Of a stretch of DNA of 64,000 nucleotides, positions 1 to 12,881 are shown in pieces. The stretch comes from Octopus vulgaris (Eukaryota), in the NCBI GenBank assembly GCA_951406725.2, contig OX597817.1, forward strand, positions 23,932,001 to 23,996,000, given 5' to 3'. Made by a program: the position numbers and the translations under genes. Every line of letters begins with the position of its first letter. The first letter of the stretch is position 1. Below the pieces are notes generated by a model. That model searched no databases and was not told where the DNA came from. It worked only from the letters and a program-made list of their open reading frames with translations.

Positions 1-137
1 ATCAAATTGAATGCACTTGAGAGCGCACAAAACATGAAAATGGACTCCTAATTCAGAAATATTCTAAAACTATATCTCAGTATTCAGGGTAGAAATAAAT
101 ATTAACGACTAAATTGCATATTACACAGGTCTACATA

Positions 138-1328
138 ATTTGGAGACAAAAAGATTTGTTTTGGATTGACAAATGTTTCTGAAGCACTTTTTTTTTAGCT
201 AAATCCAGATATGCTATTCTTTTCACCAATCACTTCAGGATTTTTGTATACTCACTACCTTCTTTGTTTTCACAGAAACAAAAACGTAGTTTTCCCCCAC
301 TCTAACTTTGGAGCAGCGTACCAAAGCGTGCAAGATGCTTTATTATCGCTCTTTTCTTGCACAAAATATAGTAAAATTATAAATATATCTGATTTTTGTG
401 CATAGATAGTTTAATTGTTGTAAGGTTTCGACCAGATTTGCCTACGATAAAGGAAGAAATAAAAAAAAGGTCAAGGTTTGTTCTTTTCTATTGATACAGA
501 ATCTTGAATTCAACAAAAGACTGCAAATTATCCGCATAAGATGACATCACTAAAAAAAATTAACTTTCTTGGCAACAGTTAAGCAGCCAAATACAAAGAA
601 ACCTTTGAAAAACTTCCATGGTCTTTACGTTCGCTTGGATTCAAAATGACGTTCAAGAAACATTTCTATTCTATCACTAGCATCAATCTCCACAGAATTT
701 GGGAGATATCAGTAATGGAAAGAGAGTAATATTCCACCAACATAGGAAGGTAGCTGAGGAGGGATATCAAGAGAGATGATATGTGAATATGATGCTTGAT
801 TACTGTTCAAGTATAAAAAGGGATCGCCAAACGCTAAAACATTTATGGATGTCTAAGAAACAGAGATCTCTTCCTTCATAATGGTATTCGATGTCTTTTA
901 AGGACATCAGATTATATGTATATAAGCTGCAGACCTTGTGGTGTTCAACATTTTACATCAATAGAATAAAGCAACCTTGGGCCTCCTTTCGTATTTACTC
1001 TATCGTAGGCAAAAACACATTCCCATTTTAGCCGAAATCTGACTACAATTAAACTATCAAATGCACAAAATCAGTCAAATTCATAAACTTTTGCAAATTC
1101 TTTATGCAAGGGAAGTGTTATAATAAAGCATTTTTCACACTCTGGTTTACTACTCCAAAGTCATACCAGGACAGAAAATTAAGGAAAACTACATTGTTTG
1201 TGAAAGATCAACTTAATACGTATAGAAAACTGATGTAGCCGGTGAAATTGGACAGCATATCTGGATTCAGTTGGAGAATTGCTTCAGAAACACTTATCTA
1301 TCCAATAGTAACATTTCTGACCCCAAAT
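138..1328 (+). mobile_element. Internally deleted DNA transposon with ~320-bp imperfect inverted arms and a Chapaev3-like (CMC) transposase relic
   Basis: Arms ~138-455 and ~998-1328 are reverse complements (TTTCTGAAGCA/TGCTTCAGAAA, AATCCAGATATGCT/AGCATATCTGGATT, GATAGTTTAATTGT/ACAATTAAACTATC, TTTGCCTACGATA/TATCGTAGGCAAA). Confidence 0.75.
560..830 (+). pseudogene. C-terminal transposase fragment, Chapaev3-like, with stops and frameshifts
   Basis: Hand translation NFLGNS*AAKYKE..LGFKMTFKKHF..PQNLGDISNGKRVIFHQHRKVAEEGYQER*YVNMMLDYCSSIKRD resembles the motif NFLGN..MSLKIHFLHSH..PENLGAVSDEHGERFHQDI..E.RYQG.W..MLADYCW. The superfamily assignment is from memory. Confidence 0.65.
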
Positions 1329-2199
1329 CCGCTGCAGTTATGTTATTTATAAAGGTGTAAAGGAAAGAAAAGTGTTTGATCAATTGTTTCATTTTGTTCC
1401 TTCCCTCGATTTGTAACTTGGATGATTTTTCCTTTCATTACACAATGACATTGGTTTTTTTAATTATCTATGTCCTTGCTCTCCTGAGACGTTTATCCCG
1501 TGCTTTGTTATTAAAAATTAATTAGTGAAGATATACCATGAAAAATCTAGTTTGCGAAATCAATTAGTAAAAAAACATGAAATGAATAATATTTAAAATA
1601 CATCTGCCATTCCATTTGGCAGTCAAAATATGAAGGAAGCAAAATAATGAGAAAATTGAGTATATGTAAATATATAAATATCTGTGGCACATATCGAAAA
1701 TAACAAACGTTGGAAATTGTTAACTGTTTCCAAGAAAACGATAGGTAAAAAACGGAATCTTGAGTAGATAAAGATCAAAGCAAAAAAAATCCTTTCAATA
1801 AATGTATGGAATGAAAGGTAAAAAATAAAAATAATTAAAGTAAGGTAAATCCTTCTTAAATAAATGTCACAGAAAACAAGGTTAATAAAATATTATGACT
1901 TAAAAGTAAATGCAATTTAACAAGAATCCCTTCCTAAATTAAGAATATATTCTAAATCTGAGATAAAAGGTTCCGTCATAGATTACAAGATAAGACCTAA
2001 TTGTAACAGATCATGCAATAGGAGACTCGTAATGTCTGCATATGATGTAGAGACATACTGTAATCATATTAGAAAATAACTGAAAATATACCAAGGGGAA
2101 AACCAGAAGTATCTCTTGTTGATTATGCCTATGTTACAAAATCCGGAACTGAAAACTAAGAATAGAAACTCACGACACACAATTTATTAAAATAACGTG

Positions 2200-2221
2200 A
2201 CAATAACAAGAAGAAGAAGAA

Positions 2222-2253
<32 letters not shown>

Positions 2254-2280
2254 ACAACAACAATGATAATGATGATGATG

Positions 2281-2314
<34 letters not shown>

Positions 2315-2328
2315 TGATGATGATGATA

Positions 2329-2420
<92 letters not shown>

Positions 2421-2440
2421 AATGATAATAATAATAATAA
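2200..2440. repeat. Compound trinucleotide microsatellite (AAG/AAC/CAG/ATA/ATG)n
   Basis: Directly visible. Confidence 0.95.
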
Positions 2441-2553
2441 TCCTTTCTACTATTAGCACAAAGCCTGAAATTTGGGGGAGGGGACCAGTCGATTACATAG
2501 AACCCAGTGCTCAACTGGAACTTATTTCATCGACCCTGAAAGGATGAAAGGCG
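2440..2553 (-). mobile_element. SINE-A-related 3' fragment (older subfamily with a different tail)
   Basis: Contains CCCAGTGCTCAACTGGAACTTATTTCATCGACCCTGAAAGGATGAAAGGC, shared with SINE-A. Confidence 0.75.
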
Positions 2554-2778
2554 AAGAAGAAGAAGAAGAAGAAGAAGAAGAAGAAGAAGAAGAAGAAGAA
2601 GAAGAAGAAGAAGAAGATGATGATGATGATGATGATGAAGATGAAGAAGCAGAAGAAGAAGAAGATGATGATGATGATGAAGAAGAAGAAGAAGAAGAAG
2701 AAGAAGAAGAAGAAGAAGAAGAAGAAGAAGAAGAAGAAGAAGAAGAAGAAGAAGAAGAAGAAGAAGAAGAAGAAGAAG
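2553..2778. repeat. (GAA)n/(GAT)n microsatellite
   Basis: Directly visible; source of the poly-E/K/F/L ORFs. Confidence 0.95.
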
Positions 2779-2784
2779 GAATAC

Positions 2785-3535
2785 TGCAAATATTCTGCTC
2801 AATACTGCAGATTTGCTTGTCAGTTGTTTGACCCTCAACGAGTTGATCATGTCCCTTGGTAGCTGACGTTATGCGCGTCTCTGATCACGAGCAGAAGTAT
2901 TGGGCTAACATCATAACCATATGTTGAAAGGAATTCTTTGGGGTTTGAATAATTCACTTGTGGAAGCATAGATGTTTCGTTCAAAATCCTTTAATAATGC
3001 CTTGATGCAGTAACAGGTACTCGCTCACATGTCTTTTTATCTTAATTGTTTGGATGTGTTATCTTTTATATGCTCTGTCTTGGTATTAAATATGAGCTGC
3101 AGCTAATATTCTGCTCAATACCACAGATTTGCTTGTAAATTGCTTGACCTTAACCAGTTGATCATGTCCTTTGGTGACTGACGATATGTGCATCTCTGAT
3201 CACGAGTAGAAATAGCGGAGGAGCATCATAGCTATGTGCTGAGAGGAATTCTTCGGGGTTTGAATAATTCATTTCTGGAAACATAGGTGTTTCATTCAAC
3301 ATTTTTAGATAACTCTTATACAGGGACCTTTTGAGCGGGATGGGCTACTCGACTTGAAGAAAATTCTAACTGGACCTCACCTACAAGGTCATGGGCTGAT
3401 TATATTCATATTAGCTTGTGAAGCCTGTGCCTGGTGTACCCTCATCAGGCGGTTTATGATGGGTATACTCGGTTTCTTATATTTTACCCCAGTATCACTT
3501 TGATGGCATCCTCTGCTCTCACTTAATAATAATGA
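2785..3535. mobile_element. Interspersed repeat with an internal ~215-bp direct duplication and an (AAT)n end; probably retroelement-derived
   Basis: 2785-3000 and 3100-3315 are similar (AATATTCTGCTCAATAC..AGATTTGCTTGT..CTCTGATCACGAG..GGGGTTTGAATAATTCA); ends in CTCACTTAATAATAAT. Confidence 0.5.
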
Positions 3536-3562
3536 CGATAGTGATGGTGGTGGTGCTGGTGG

Positions 3563-3593
<31 letters not shown>

Positions 3594-3781
3594 GCTTTTA
3601 TCAACCACTACGGATTACGTTAAGAAAAACATTAAGGAAGGTACTGGACAAATACTGTATTTTCTATGTGTGTGAGGGTTTTGTGAGTCTTAAGAAAAGA
3701 AAGAAAATAGAGAGATTTTAGTAACTAGAATTCTTCAATAGCGAGGGATGCTTAAGGAAAAAAACATATAAAATCACAGCT

Positions 3782-4138
3782 ACCTTGACTTCTGGGGCAG
3801 GTGTTCTTTTCTCACTTCCTTATCTCCATTTACAGGCGTATGTTAAAGGCAAGCCTGTTCACTTGCTACTTTCATCTACCTTCCAACAAAAGGGTTGGCA
3901 TGCAACCTTGACTTCTGGGACAGGTGTTCTTCTCTCAATTCCTTATCTCCAAAAACAGGCGTATGCACAGGGCAGGCCTCTTCGCTTGCTACTTTCATCC
4001 AAAAGGGTTGGCATGCAACCTTGACTTCTGGGACAGGTGTTCTTCTCTCAATTCCTTATCTCCAAAAACAGGCGTATGCTCAGGGCAGGCCTGTTCACTT
4101 GCTACTTTCATCTACCTGCCAACAAAATGGCTGGCATA
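3782..4138. repeat. Three-copy minisatellite, periods 123 and 113 bp
   Basis: ACCTTGACTTCTGG starts at 3782, 3905 and 4018. Confidence 0.9.
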
Positions 4139-4199
4139 CAACACACCCCTCTCCACCCTTATTTTCTCACCAAGTGAGATTTGAAGTAGTTTATGAGGA

Positions 4200-4700
4200 A
4201 TAGGCGAAAGAAATAAGTGTTTGTCTTCAGCCCTTTCAATCGCGTCCACCGTGCACCCTCTTTCGCCACGGCCACCAGGCATATAAAAACTGCCTGCTCC
4301 ACCCGGTTAAAAGAAGGCGGCGTGATTTATCTTTGCAATAGAGTCTGGTGTACATTGACCTTTTCAGAGTGGCGCATGTCTGCGCCTCCTATACCAAACC
4401 ACTGACAAGTACCAACCACGGAAACAAATACCTCCCTTTTCATGGCATCAAGCCAGTGAGATTTTGCTTCCTCCTTTGTTTGAAATCTCATTTCCACCGT
4501 TCCATAACACCTTCCTCTTTGGATATATTCTTTTAGGTTCCAAACGGAACCTCATTCCTTTTGGATTTGAGCTTCAGTAGCTCATTCCACCATTCTTGAC
4601 TTTAGTCCAATTGTAGTGCGTGACGTATGGTATTTTGAGTGGTGTCGAATGGATGTTGAGTTTGACAGTCAGGTCATCTCGCTCGACCAATTATCTGGTG
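4200..4700 (-). pseudogene. Possible decayed LINE ORF1-like fragment
   Basis: Minus-strand peptide GRCYGTVEMRFQTKEEAK resembles an ORF1 RRM-like segment; broken by stops. Confidence 0.25.
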
Positions 4701-4816
4701 TTTTTGATTTCTTCTTCAGAGAAGTTTACTCTCTCAGAAGAGGACTTGATTCCACGACCGAAAGAGAGACTGTTGTTTGTAATTGCCATTATACTGGCTT
4801 GACGGTTTGTTCTTTC

Positions 4817-4872
4817 ATTGTTGCTATCGTTGTTGTGGTTGTTGTTGTTCTTGTTCTTGTTCTTATCGTTGT

Positions 4873-4912
<40 letters not shown>

Positions 4913-4972
4913 ACTGCTGTTGCCACTGCTGCTGCTGTTGCTACTGCTGCTGCTGTTGCTATTGTTGTTCTT
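4817..4972. repeat. (TTG)/(GAT)/(CTG)n compound microsatellite
   Basis: Directly visible. Confidence 0.9.
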
Positions 4973-6432
4973 GATATCTCTGTCGAGCGTAGTCTTCGGT
5001 GTTGATAGTGTCGTGTGTCAAATCACACACTTTATGATTTTGGTTGGTTTTCGTTTCCATCTTTTGGTATTGTTGAATTCCACAAATTTTTTCTAGTTTG
5101 TTCTACTTGAAATTGTGTTATTATCGTTGCTGCAGTTGTTGCTGTCGACAGAATTGGTTTTTAATGGTGTTTTTTCTTGGAATATTCCGCCTTGTGAGCA
5201 ATTTCAACGTCATTCATGTTAAAAACAGTCTTGTCTGTTTTGTTCTCAGGGGACATAATTGTGCGTCACGCTCACTTCCTCTTTCATAATAATTTGGTGA
5301 TACTCCTCACTCGCTTCTCACATAGAAGTTTCTCACATAGAAGTTTTAGCTAGAGATGGGGGAAAAAACCAATTAACAAGCTGGTGTTAAAATAACAGTA
5401 TCGTCGTCTCTTACAGAACAACTACATTAAAGTGGGGTAAACGCTGCCTTTTTGGTTGCTAACGGACTAGTTTCCTAGTTACAAAATCAATGATTTAATA
5501 ACAATGTATTTTTCCATATATTGCAAGGGAATTTAGACTACTGCCATGCCTGGCAAACGAGTGCCCACCACCAAAGAAATCCAATAAGATCGAAATCTGG
5601 TGGTCTCATAATCTCGAAGCTAAGGTGGCAGGAGTTATCTCCCGCTTCTGATAAATATCAGGTTGCGAAAACGCATTGAATTTACCAGTTGGAGATGTCA
5701 TCCGGGTGTTAAAATAGCAGTATCGTCGTCATTTAGAGAACAGCCACATTAAAGTAGCAATAAACACCACCTCTTTGGTTCCTATACTACTTCAAGCACG
5801 AATAGAGATTTTATGTATGTGTGTATGTGTCTGTGTGCGTGTGAGCGTGTGTGTACATGCATATACGTATACAGGTACATACTTAAATGTATCTGTGTGT
5901 GTGTGTGTCAGTGTGTGAATTGTACAGGCTAAACGTCTGCAATGTGATACTTACGCTTCCATTAATGGCTTGTAATTGCCATTGTTGCTTTAATTAACGG
6001 TGTCCTTCCTATATTTGTGAAGCTCAACGTCTCAAGACGGATACTAAGGTAGTTGGCGATCACCTACATCGGAACAATTCAGGAAAAGACCACCAGTTGA
6101 ACAATGTATGCTAATGAAGCTTTCGTCGAGTACACAACGTTCTGACTGTTTGTAACGATTACACGTTGTGTTTCTGCTGAGCTTGGGGATTTTCGTAATT
6201 TCACATTACGTATAATTATTTAGTGATGAAGGGAATACGAAGCGGGACACATTCATACACTCAAGCAGCATTATACGACATATTCATGACAAGTATCAAG
6301 TCACATCTCTATAACATGCGTGTGTGTGTGTGAGTATGAGGGTGAGTCGGTGTGCGTGTATGTAATTGCGCACCTGTGTGTATGTATGTATGAGAGTGTA
6401 TCTGTGTATTTTTGCATGTTGTGTGTGTAAAT

Positions 6433-6906
6433 ATATTTCTTTATTGCCCACAAGGGGCTAAACATAGAGGGGACAAAGAAGGACAGACAAAGGGATTAAG
6501 TCGATTACATCGACCCCAGTGCGTAACTGGTACTTTATTTATCAACCCCGAAAGGATGAAAGGCAAAGTCGACCTCGGCGGAATTTGATCACAGAACGTA
6601 GCGACAGACGAAATACCGCTAAGCATTTCGCCCGGTGTGCTAATGATTCTGTCAGTTCGCCGCCTTTTTTGCCTATTTCTTTACTCCCCACAAGGGGCTA
6701 AATACAGAGAGGACAAAAAAGGATAGACAAAGGGATTAAGTCGATCACATCGACCCCAGTGCGTAACTGGTACTTTACTTATCAAGCCCGAAAGGATGAA
6801 AGGCAAAGGTCGACCTCGGCGGAATTTGAACTCAGAACGCAGCGACAGACGAAATACCGCTAAGCACTTCGCCCAGCGTGCTAACGTTTCTGCCAGCTCG
6901 CCCCCT
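6433..6906 (-). mobile_element. Two adjacent full-length SINE-A copies (tRNA-derived, Meta/MESC-like central domain)
   Basis: Each reads GGCGGCGAGCTGGCAGAA..GAGTTCAAATTCC (B box)..GCCTTTCATCCTTTCGGGGT..AAAGAAATA on the minus strand; the pair is flanked by a TSD-like TGTGTGTGTAAATATAT. Confidence 0.9.
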
Positions 6907-8029
6907 TGTGTGTGTAAATATATCTTTGTTTCTGTTTAAGAGTTGTACGTGAGCCTACGTACGCAGACAGCTTGAATGGACTAACAGACAGAATACAAAA
7001 TAAGTATGCGACAAACATCAGTTCGCATCATGTCGCCGATGACTAACGTATGACTGCCAGGGAGTCACACAAAGTCTGTAACCGCACACACTTACAACAA
7101 GAAGAAAGTAGATGCAACTATCACGCATTGAACTACGAATACGCACCGACACATCCATACACGCACCCCACATACACACATACACGCACACTGAGATACA
7201 CAGGCGCACATGCATAGATACATACTCGCATACATACGTGCGCGTGTGAGTGTGTGTGTATATGTGTATGTGCTCGCACACGCGCGTGTGTACACTTGCA
7301 TAAACAAACAAGTTATGTAAACGAGAAAATTTACATAAACTGACGTCTTCACGGGTGTCGTGAACTGCCCATATTTGCTAGAAATATCAACCAAAATTTC
7401 CCTAAAACCGCATATTGTCCCAAAATTGGAAGTGTATACTATATAAATCTGCCCTAGGTATATTACCACATAAAATTAATTAAACACAGGGTGGTTAGGG
7501 CTAGAATGCTTCAGACGATATTGCTTACTAAGGAATGAAGAAGTGCTTAAACACAGAACAATGACAACAGCAATGATCATACCATGCATGTTTGAGCCCT
7601 CAAACTATACGTCCTTCAAACAACAACCAATTATTTTCGTGCAGAGGTGAAACGGTTTCTTCCATCTAAAAACGGCCACGTTATGTAAACGAAACGACAC
7701 CTTCCTTCATTTCTCCATAATATTTTGTGTTCTCAGACTTTTCGCAATCTAAATACAGTTTCTCTTCACAATTTAACCACAGCACACGATGTCTCTATGA
7801 ACAGAAAACTCGAAAGGTTTCTTCAATGAAGATATAGTAATCTTCTCTGCTCCAACTGTAAAAAATAAACGTGAATCATATGAAAGAAACATCATCACCA
7901 TTATGCCCTCAGTCATCAACAGCACTCAGCTACAAACCTCAAAATCGTTCCAATCAGTGTGTCTCACTGTTATCAACTGCATTCCAACAACTGACATGTT
8001 CTCCGTGGCCAGGAGTCCTTCAGGTCCCA

Positions 8030-8460
8030 ATAATTATTGAAAATGTACAAAGTTGGGGTGAGGCCAGCAATGGAATATTGCTCTCATATTTGGGTTGGTG
8101 CAGTAACTGAACATACAGAGGTCCTTGACAACAGCCACGACAGAATCAAACGACCGTCTAGAATAAAAAGACGGGCACGTTGTCTCCAGGTTTTGGCCTT
8201 TACTTTTGCTACTATAACGCTCTCGATTCTTCAGAGTTAACCTCATAATCACTCCAGTCAAGCTCTCCTCCTTCACTTGTATTTCTTCCTTTCATCATCC
8301 TACTTATGCGTAACACTTTCCCTAAACTTTGGACTAATCACTTCTTCAAGTACTTCCTTTCCTGAATGTCACCCTCGAGAAGTCCATTCCTATATTTCAT
8401 ATATTTCTTCCAGCTGTTGATTTACAAAGGTTCAATAGGAACATTCATGGCATCAGTCTC
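8030..8460 (+). pseudogene. CR1/Zenon-like LINE ORF2 C-terminal fragment
   Basis: LKMYKVGVRPAMEYCSHIWVGA matches the LYK..VRP.MEYCSHIW.GA motif found downstream of the RT domain. Confidence 0.65.
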
Positions 8461-8862
8461 GCCGGCCCAGGGAGGTCTATGAAGGACACGGGCCAATCCC
8501 TTTCGTCTGACGTTTAAGGAAAAATTCAACTCAAGCATGACTGCAGTCAAGTGAAATGATACAAATAAATGAATAAATGAATATTTTTGAGAACTCATAT
8601 TTCTGAAAGAAAATTTTTAATCAAAGGGAAATAACTTTATAATTGAACCGAGTTTTTATAAGAGTTGCCTCCCATAAACTTGTTTTTTTGTTTTTTTTAA
8701 TACTTTTGTGAATTTGTGTTCAACGCTTGTAATTATGTTCCATTGTGTTACCAACAACAGCATAGTCCAAGTTAAATAACTCTGAAGGGTTTCGCTTATA
8801 TTATTTAAGGGAAACAACTTTCTAAACTACTTGAAAATTTAGAATGCTAAAATATATTTATA

Positions 8863-8980
8863 GGCTCAGACGTGGCTGTGTGGTAAGAAGTTTACTTTTC
8901 AACCACATGGTTCTGCTACTACGTCTTCTGCTATAGCCATGGGCCGAAAAAAGCCTTGTGATTGGATTTGGATGACGGAA

Positions 8981-9016
<36 letters not shown>

Positions 9017-9069
9017 AATCAAATTGCGATAAAATAAAAATAATTATATTCGCTGGTATTACTAACATA

Positions 9070-9105
<36 letters not shown>

Positions 9106-9131
9106 TGTATGTATGTATGTATGTATGTATG

Positions 9132-9165
<34 letters not shown>

Positions 9166-9627
9166 TGTATGTATGTATGTATGTATGTATGTATGTATGT
9201 ATGTATGTATATAGCATTAAGAAAATAGAGGGGATCAAGAGGTGGTATTCATCAACTTTTAGACGTTATATCAGTGCTTTTCAAACTTTTTGCTGGAGCG
9301 GAACCCCTGGACTGTACTGGCGGAACCCTAGTTGAAAACCACTGCGTTATATTGTGTCTATTTAGCTTTTTTTAAAACATAATTATAACAGTATATTGTT
9401 ATAAATGTTCTTTTAAATATATAAATAGATGTAATATAATGTCTAAAAGTTGATGAATACCACCTCTTGATCCCCTCCGTTTTCTTATTACCATATAAGT
9501 TAAGGGTAAAACAACTTTTTACCCTCACCCATTTATTACCTTCAGTAGTGTAATTACTACCAGCAGTATATTGGATAGATATTATGCCTTAGTTGGTTGG
9601 ATTCACAACCTCTAACTCTCTTCGAAT

Positions 9628-9711
<84 letters not shown>

Positions 9712-9914
9712 TGTGTGTATGTGTTTGTTCCCCACCACCATCATATGATAACCGATTCTGATGTGTTTACGTCCCCGTAAGTTAGTGGTTCGGTAAAAGA
9801 AACCGATAGAATAAGTACCAGGATTACAAAGAATACGTCCTGGGGTCGATTTGTTCGGCTAAAGGCGGTGTTCCAGCAAGGCTGCAGTAAAATGACTGCA
9901 ACAGTTTAAAGAAT
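8863..9914 (+). mobile_element. SINE-B split into halves (8863-8982 and 9709-9914) by insertions in its internal microsatellite
   Basis: 5' half GTGGCTGTGTGGTAAG..GACGGAAACT; 3' half GTTTACGTCCCCGTAA..AATGACTG. Confidence 0.75.
9272..9344. mobile_element. 73-bp hAT-type MITE
   Basis: TIRs CAGTGCTTTTCAAACT / AGTTGAAAACCACTG; exact 8-bp TSD CGTTATAT (9264-9271, 9345-9352). Confidence 0.85.
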
Positions 9915-10154
9915 ACCATTTTATATTAAGCAGATTTTATCGCGCGAGTTAACTAGAAAAGCATTATCATTGTTGCTGTTTTCTTTGTTGTTGCTTTAGG
10001 CGTTCCAACTGTGGTCATTCCATTCAGAAACTCAAATCGAAAGTACATAGTTACGAGTTCGGACCCACTATGCTGCTTGTTCCGCAAGTGTCTTTTACAC
10101 ATACGTATGCATAGATAGTTGCAGAGAGATAGAGAAGATAGATAGATAGATAGG

Positions 10155-10268
<114 letters not shown>

Positions 10269-10342
10269 TGTGTGTGTATGTGTGAGTGCGCGTATGTATA
10301 CATGTGAGTGTATATGTGATCGTTATTATAAGTGCTTGTAAA

Positions 10343-10574
10343 GACGGCGTGCTGGCAGAAACGTTAGCACGCCGGGCGAAATGCTTAGCGGTATTTCGTC
10401 TGCAACTCCGTTCTGAGTTCAAATTCTGCCAAGGTCAACTTTGCCCTTTATCCTTTCGGGGTCGATTAAATAAGTATCAGTTACGCACTGGGAGTCAATA
10501 TAATCGACTTAATCCGTTTGTCTATCGTTCTTTGTGCCCTCTGAGTGTAGCCCCTTGTGGGCAGTAAAGAAATA
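10343..10574 (+). mobile_element. SINE-A full length
   Basis: Matches the other copies in the window. Confidence 0.9.
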
Positions 10575-10611
<37 letters not shown>

Positions 10612-11014
10612 TGTACATAATTGCAGCAACGAGTGGTATTGAACTGAACACCATGGACATGAAGGATTTTATTTCTTCTTGGGTAAGAAGAGACAATACA
10701 GCAAATTATTCACCGGATGTCTTAAGAAAACAATTTTTTTTTTACTTTTTGTTATAACAGACCACTTTTTATATCTTTATTTGTTTCAATTTGTTACACA
10801 TAAGTGAGGAATATTCTTGAATGAGCGAATAAAGCATTTTAAAATAAGGAAGAAAATGTTTACTCTTTATTGGTTTCTTTATACATACATGCATGCATGC
10901 ATACATACATACATACATACATACATACATACATACATACATACATACATACATACATACATACATACATACATACATACATACATACATACATACATAC
11001 ATACATACATACAT

Positions 11015-11258
11015 ACCACTCACTAAGCAACAGCAGCCATAATCCGAAAGGAAGAACAAGACAACATCATCGGTAACCACTGAGCCGCAGGTTTTATATC
11101 GGAGTTATTCCAGTACTCATTTTTGCCAGCTGAGTGGACTGGAGCAACGTAAAATGAAGTGTTTTGCTCAAGAACACAACGTGTCGGCCGGTCCAGGAAT
11201 CGAGACCACAATCTTACGATCATGATGCTGACATCCTAACCACTAAGCCACGCGCCTC
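11015..11258 (-). mobile_element. CORE-type tRNA SINE whose tail is shared with the element at 13488-14030
   Basis: Minus head GAGGCGCGTGGCTTAGTGGTTAGG, CORE-like TGTGTTCTTGAGCAAAACAC..CCAGTCCACTCAGCTGGCAAAAATGAGTAC; 11015-11113 matches 13600-13697. Confidence 0.8.
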
Positions 11259-11543
11259 TACTCTTTTACATAATCTTGGAGTAATTTGTAATTTTGAATA
11301 TTTTCTCTTACTATTGGATTTATTTAAAAGCTATCGTCGTGGTGATTCACACCCAGGTGATGTGGTATAGGTCTATACGAGAAACAATTGTTAAGCAGAA
11401 ACATTTTGTATGTTTGAAACTTAACGATTGAGCAGCTAAGTTCGTACTACCGAGCATTTGAACTGTGAAGAAAGTTAAAGAGTTTCACTCGGTATAGAGG
11501 AAACAGGACAAGACAACGACTGACGTAGTTACTTCGTCAGAAA

Positions 11544-12330
11544 TGGTTGGAAAGAGAGCTATCCCCGAAAAGCCGAGCAAAGATAATTAATACTTTCATC
11601 GCTTTACTGCTGTATTACTAGCTGACTCGTGTGCTCTTTCAGATATTGTTGAAAAAAGGGTTTCTCTGCTCAAAAACTGCCAGAATCCACCCTACTGTCT
11701 AGGTTTGCTGAGACTATAATATCTCTCTTTATAAGGCTGCGAGCTCGCAGAATTGTTAGCACGCCGGGCGAAATGCTCAGTTGTTTTTCGTCTGCCGTTA
11801 CGTTCTGAGTTCAAATTACGCCGAAGTCGACTTTGCCTTTCATCCTTTCGGGATCGATTAAATAAGTACCACTTACGCACTGGGGTCGATATAATCGACC
11901 TAATCCGTTTGTCTGTCCTGGTTGAAAAGAGAGCTATCCCCGAAAAGCCGAGCAAAGATAATTAATACTTTCATCGCTTTGCTGCTGTATTACTAGCTGA
12001 CTCGTGTGCTCTTTCAGATATTGTTGAAAAAATGGTTTCTCTGCTCAAAAACTGCCAGAATCCACCCTACTGTCTAGGTTTGCTGAGACTATAATATCTC
12101 TCATTATAAGGCTGCGAGCTCGCGTAGAATTGTTAGCACGCCGGGTGAAATGCTCAGTTGTTTTTCGTCTCCCGTTACGTTCTGAGTTCAAATTACGCCG
12201 AAGTCGACTTTGCCTTTCATCCTTTCGGGATCGATTAAATAAGTACCAGTTACGCACTGGGGCGATGTAATCAACTTAATCCCTTTGTTTGTCCCCTTTG
12301 TGTTTAACCCTCTGTGGACGATAAATAAAT
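11544..12330 (+). repeat. 375-bp tandem duplication; each unit ends in a SINE-A (11735-11918 truncated, 12109-12330 complete)
   Basis: TGGTTGRAAAGAGAGCTATCCCCGAAAAGCC at 11544 and 11919. Confidence 0.9.
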
Positions 12331-12792
12331 ATATAATCTCTCTCATTATTATTTTCAGTTGAGCGCTTAATATATTATAGCACTAGCAAGCTTCTATCTG
12401 CCTTCAAACATACGTGAATCATTTCTAGAAATTAGCTATACAGTAAAACATTCTACGGCAAAACAGTTCTGCAGAAACAGGAAGACAAGTCCTGCATAGT
12501 TTCCAAATGTAGTGTTTTATACGGCTTTTATCTACTTTATTTTAGGACTTACTGAGAGTTAAGTGCATTAATGGTAAAGCATTGAATTACTGTAGCAGCC
12601 AGTATACGAAACGTTATCCAGTAACTAGAAAAGATTAAAAAATTATGTTTGCAAGGGAGAGAACTCTTTCCTTTTGCAAGGGAGAGAACTCTTTCCTTTT
12701 GCAAGGGAGGCTACTCTGAAGCTTCTATATTAAACGTGCCTACAATCTAAATTTCATTAAGTGCCGTACATAGAATACACATGCAAATACAC

Positions 12793-12881
<89 letters not shown>

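Noticed and set aside
2170-2862. Poly-E/K/M/H ORFs
   Set aside because: Trinucleotide microsatellite translations.
5383-5783. Two ~80-bp direct repeats (5383 and 5705) as possible LTRs
   Set aside because: No TG..CA ends, PBS or PPT; probably an old local duplication.
11380-11550. Possible mariner HTH relic (PSI*TVKK..TDVVTSEMVGK)
   Set aside because: Similarity is too short and degenerate.
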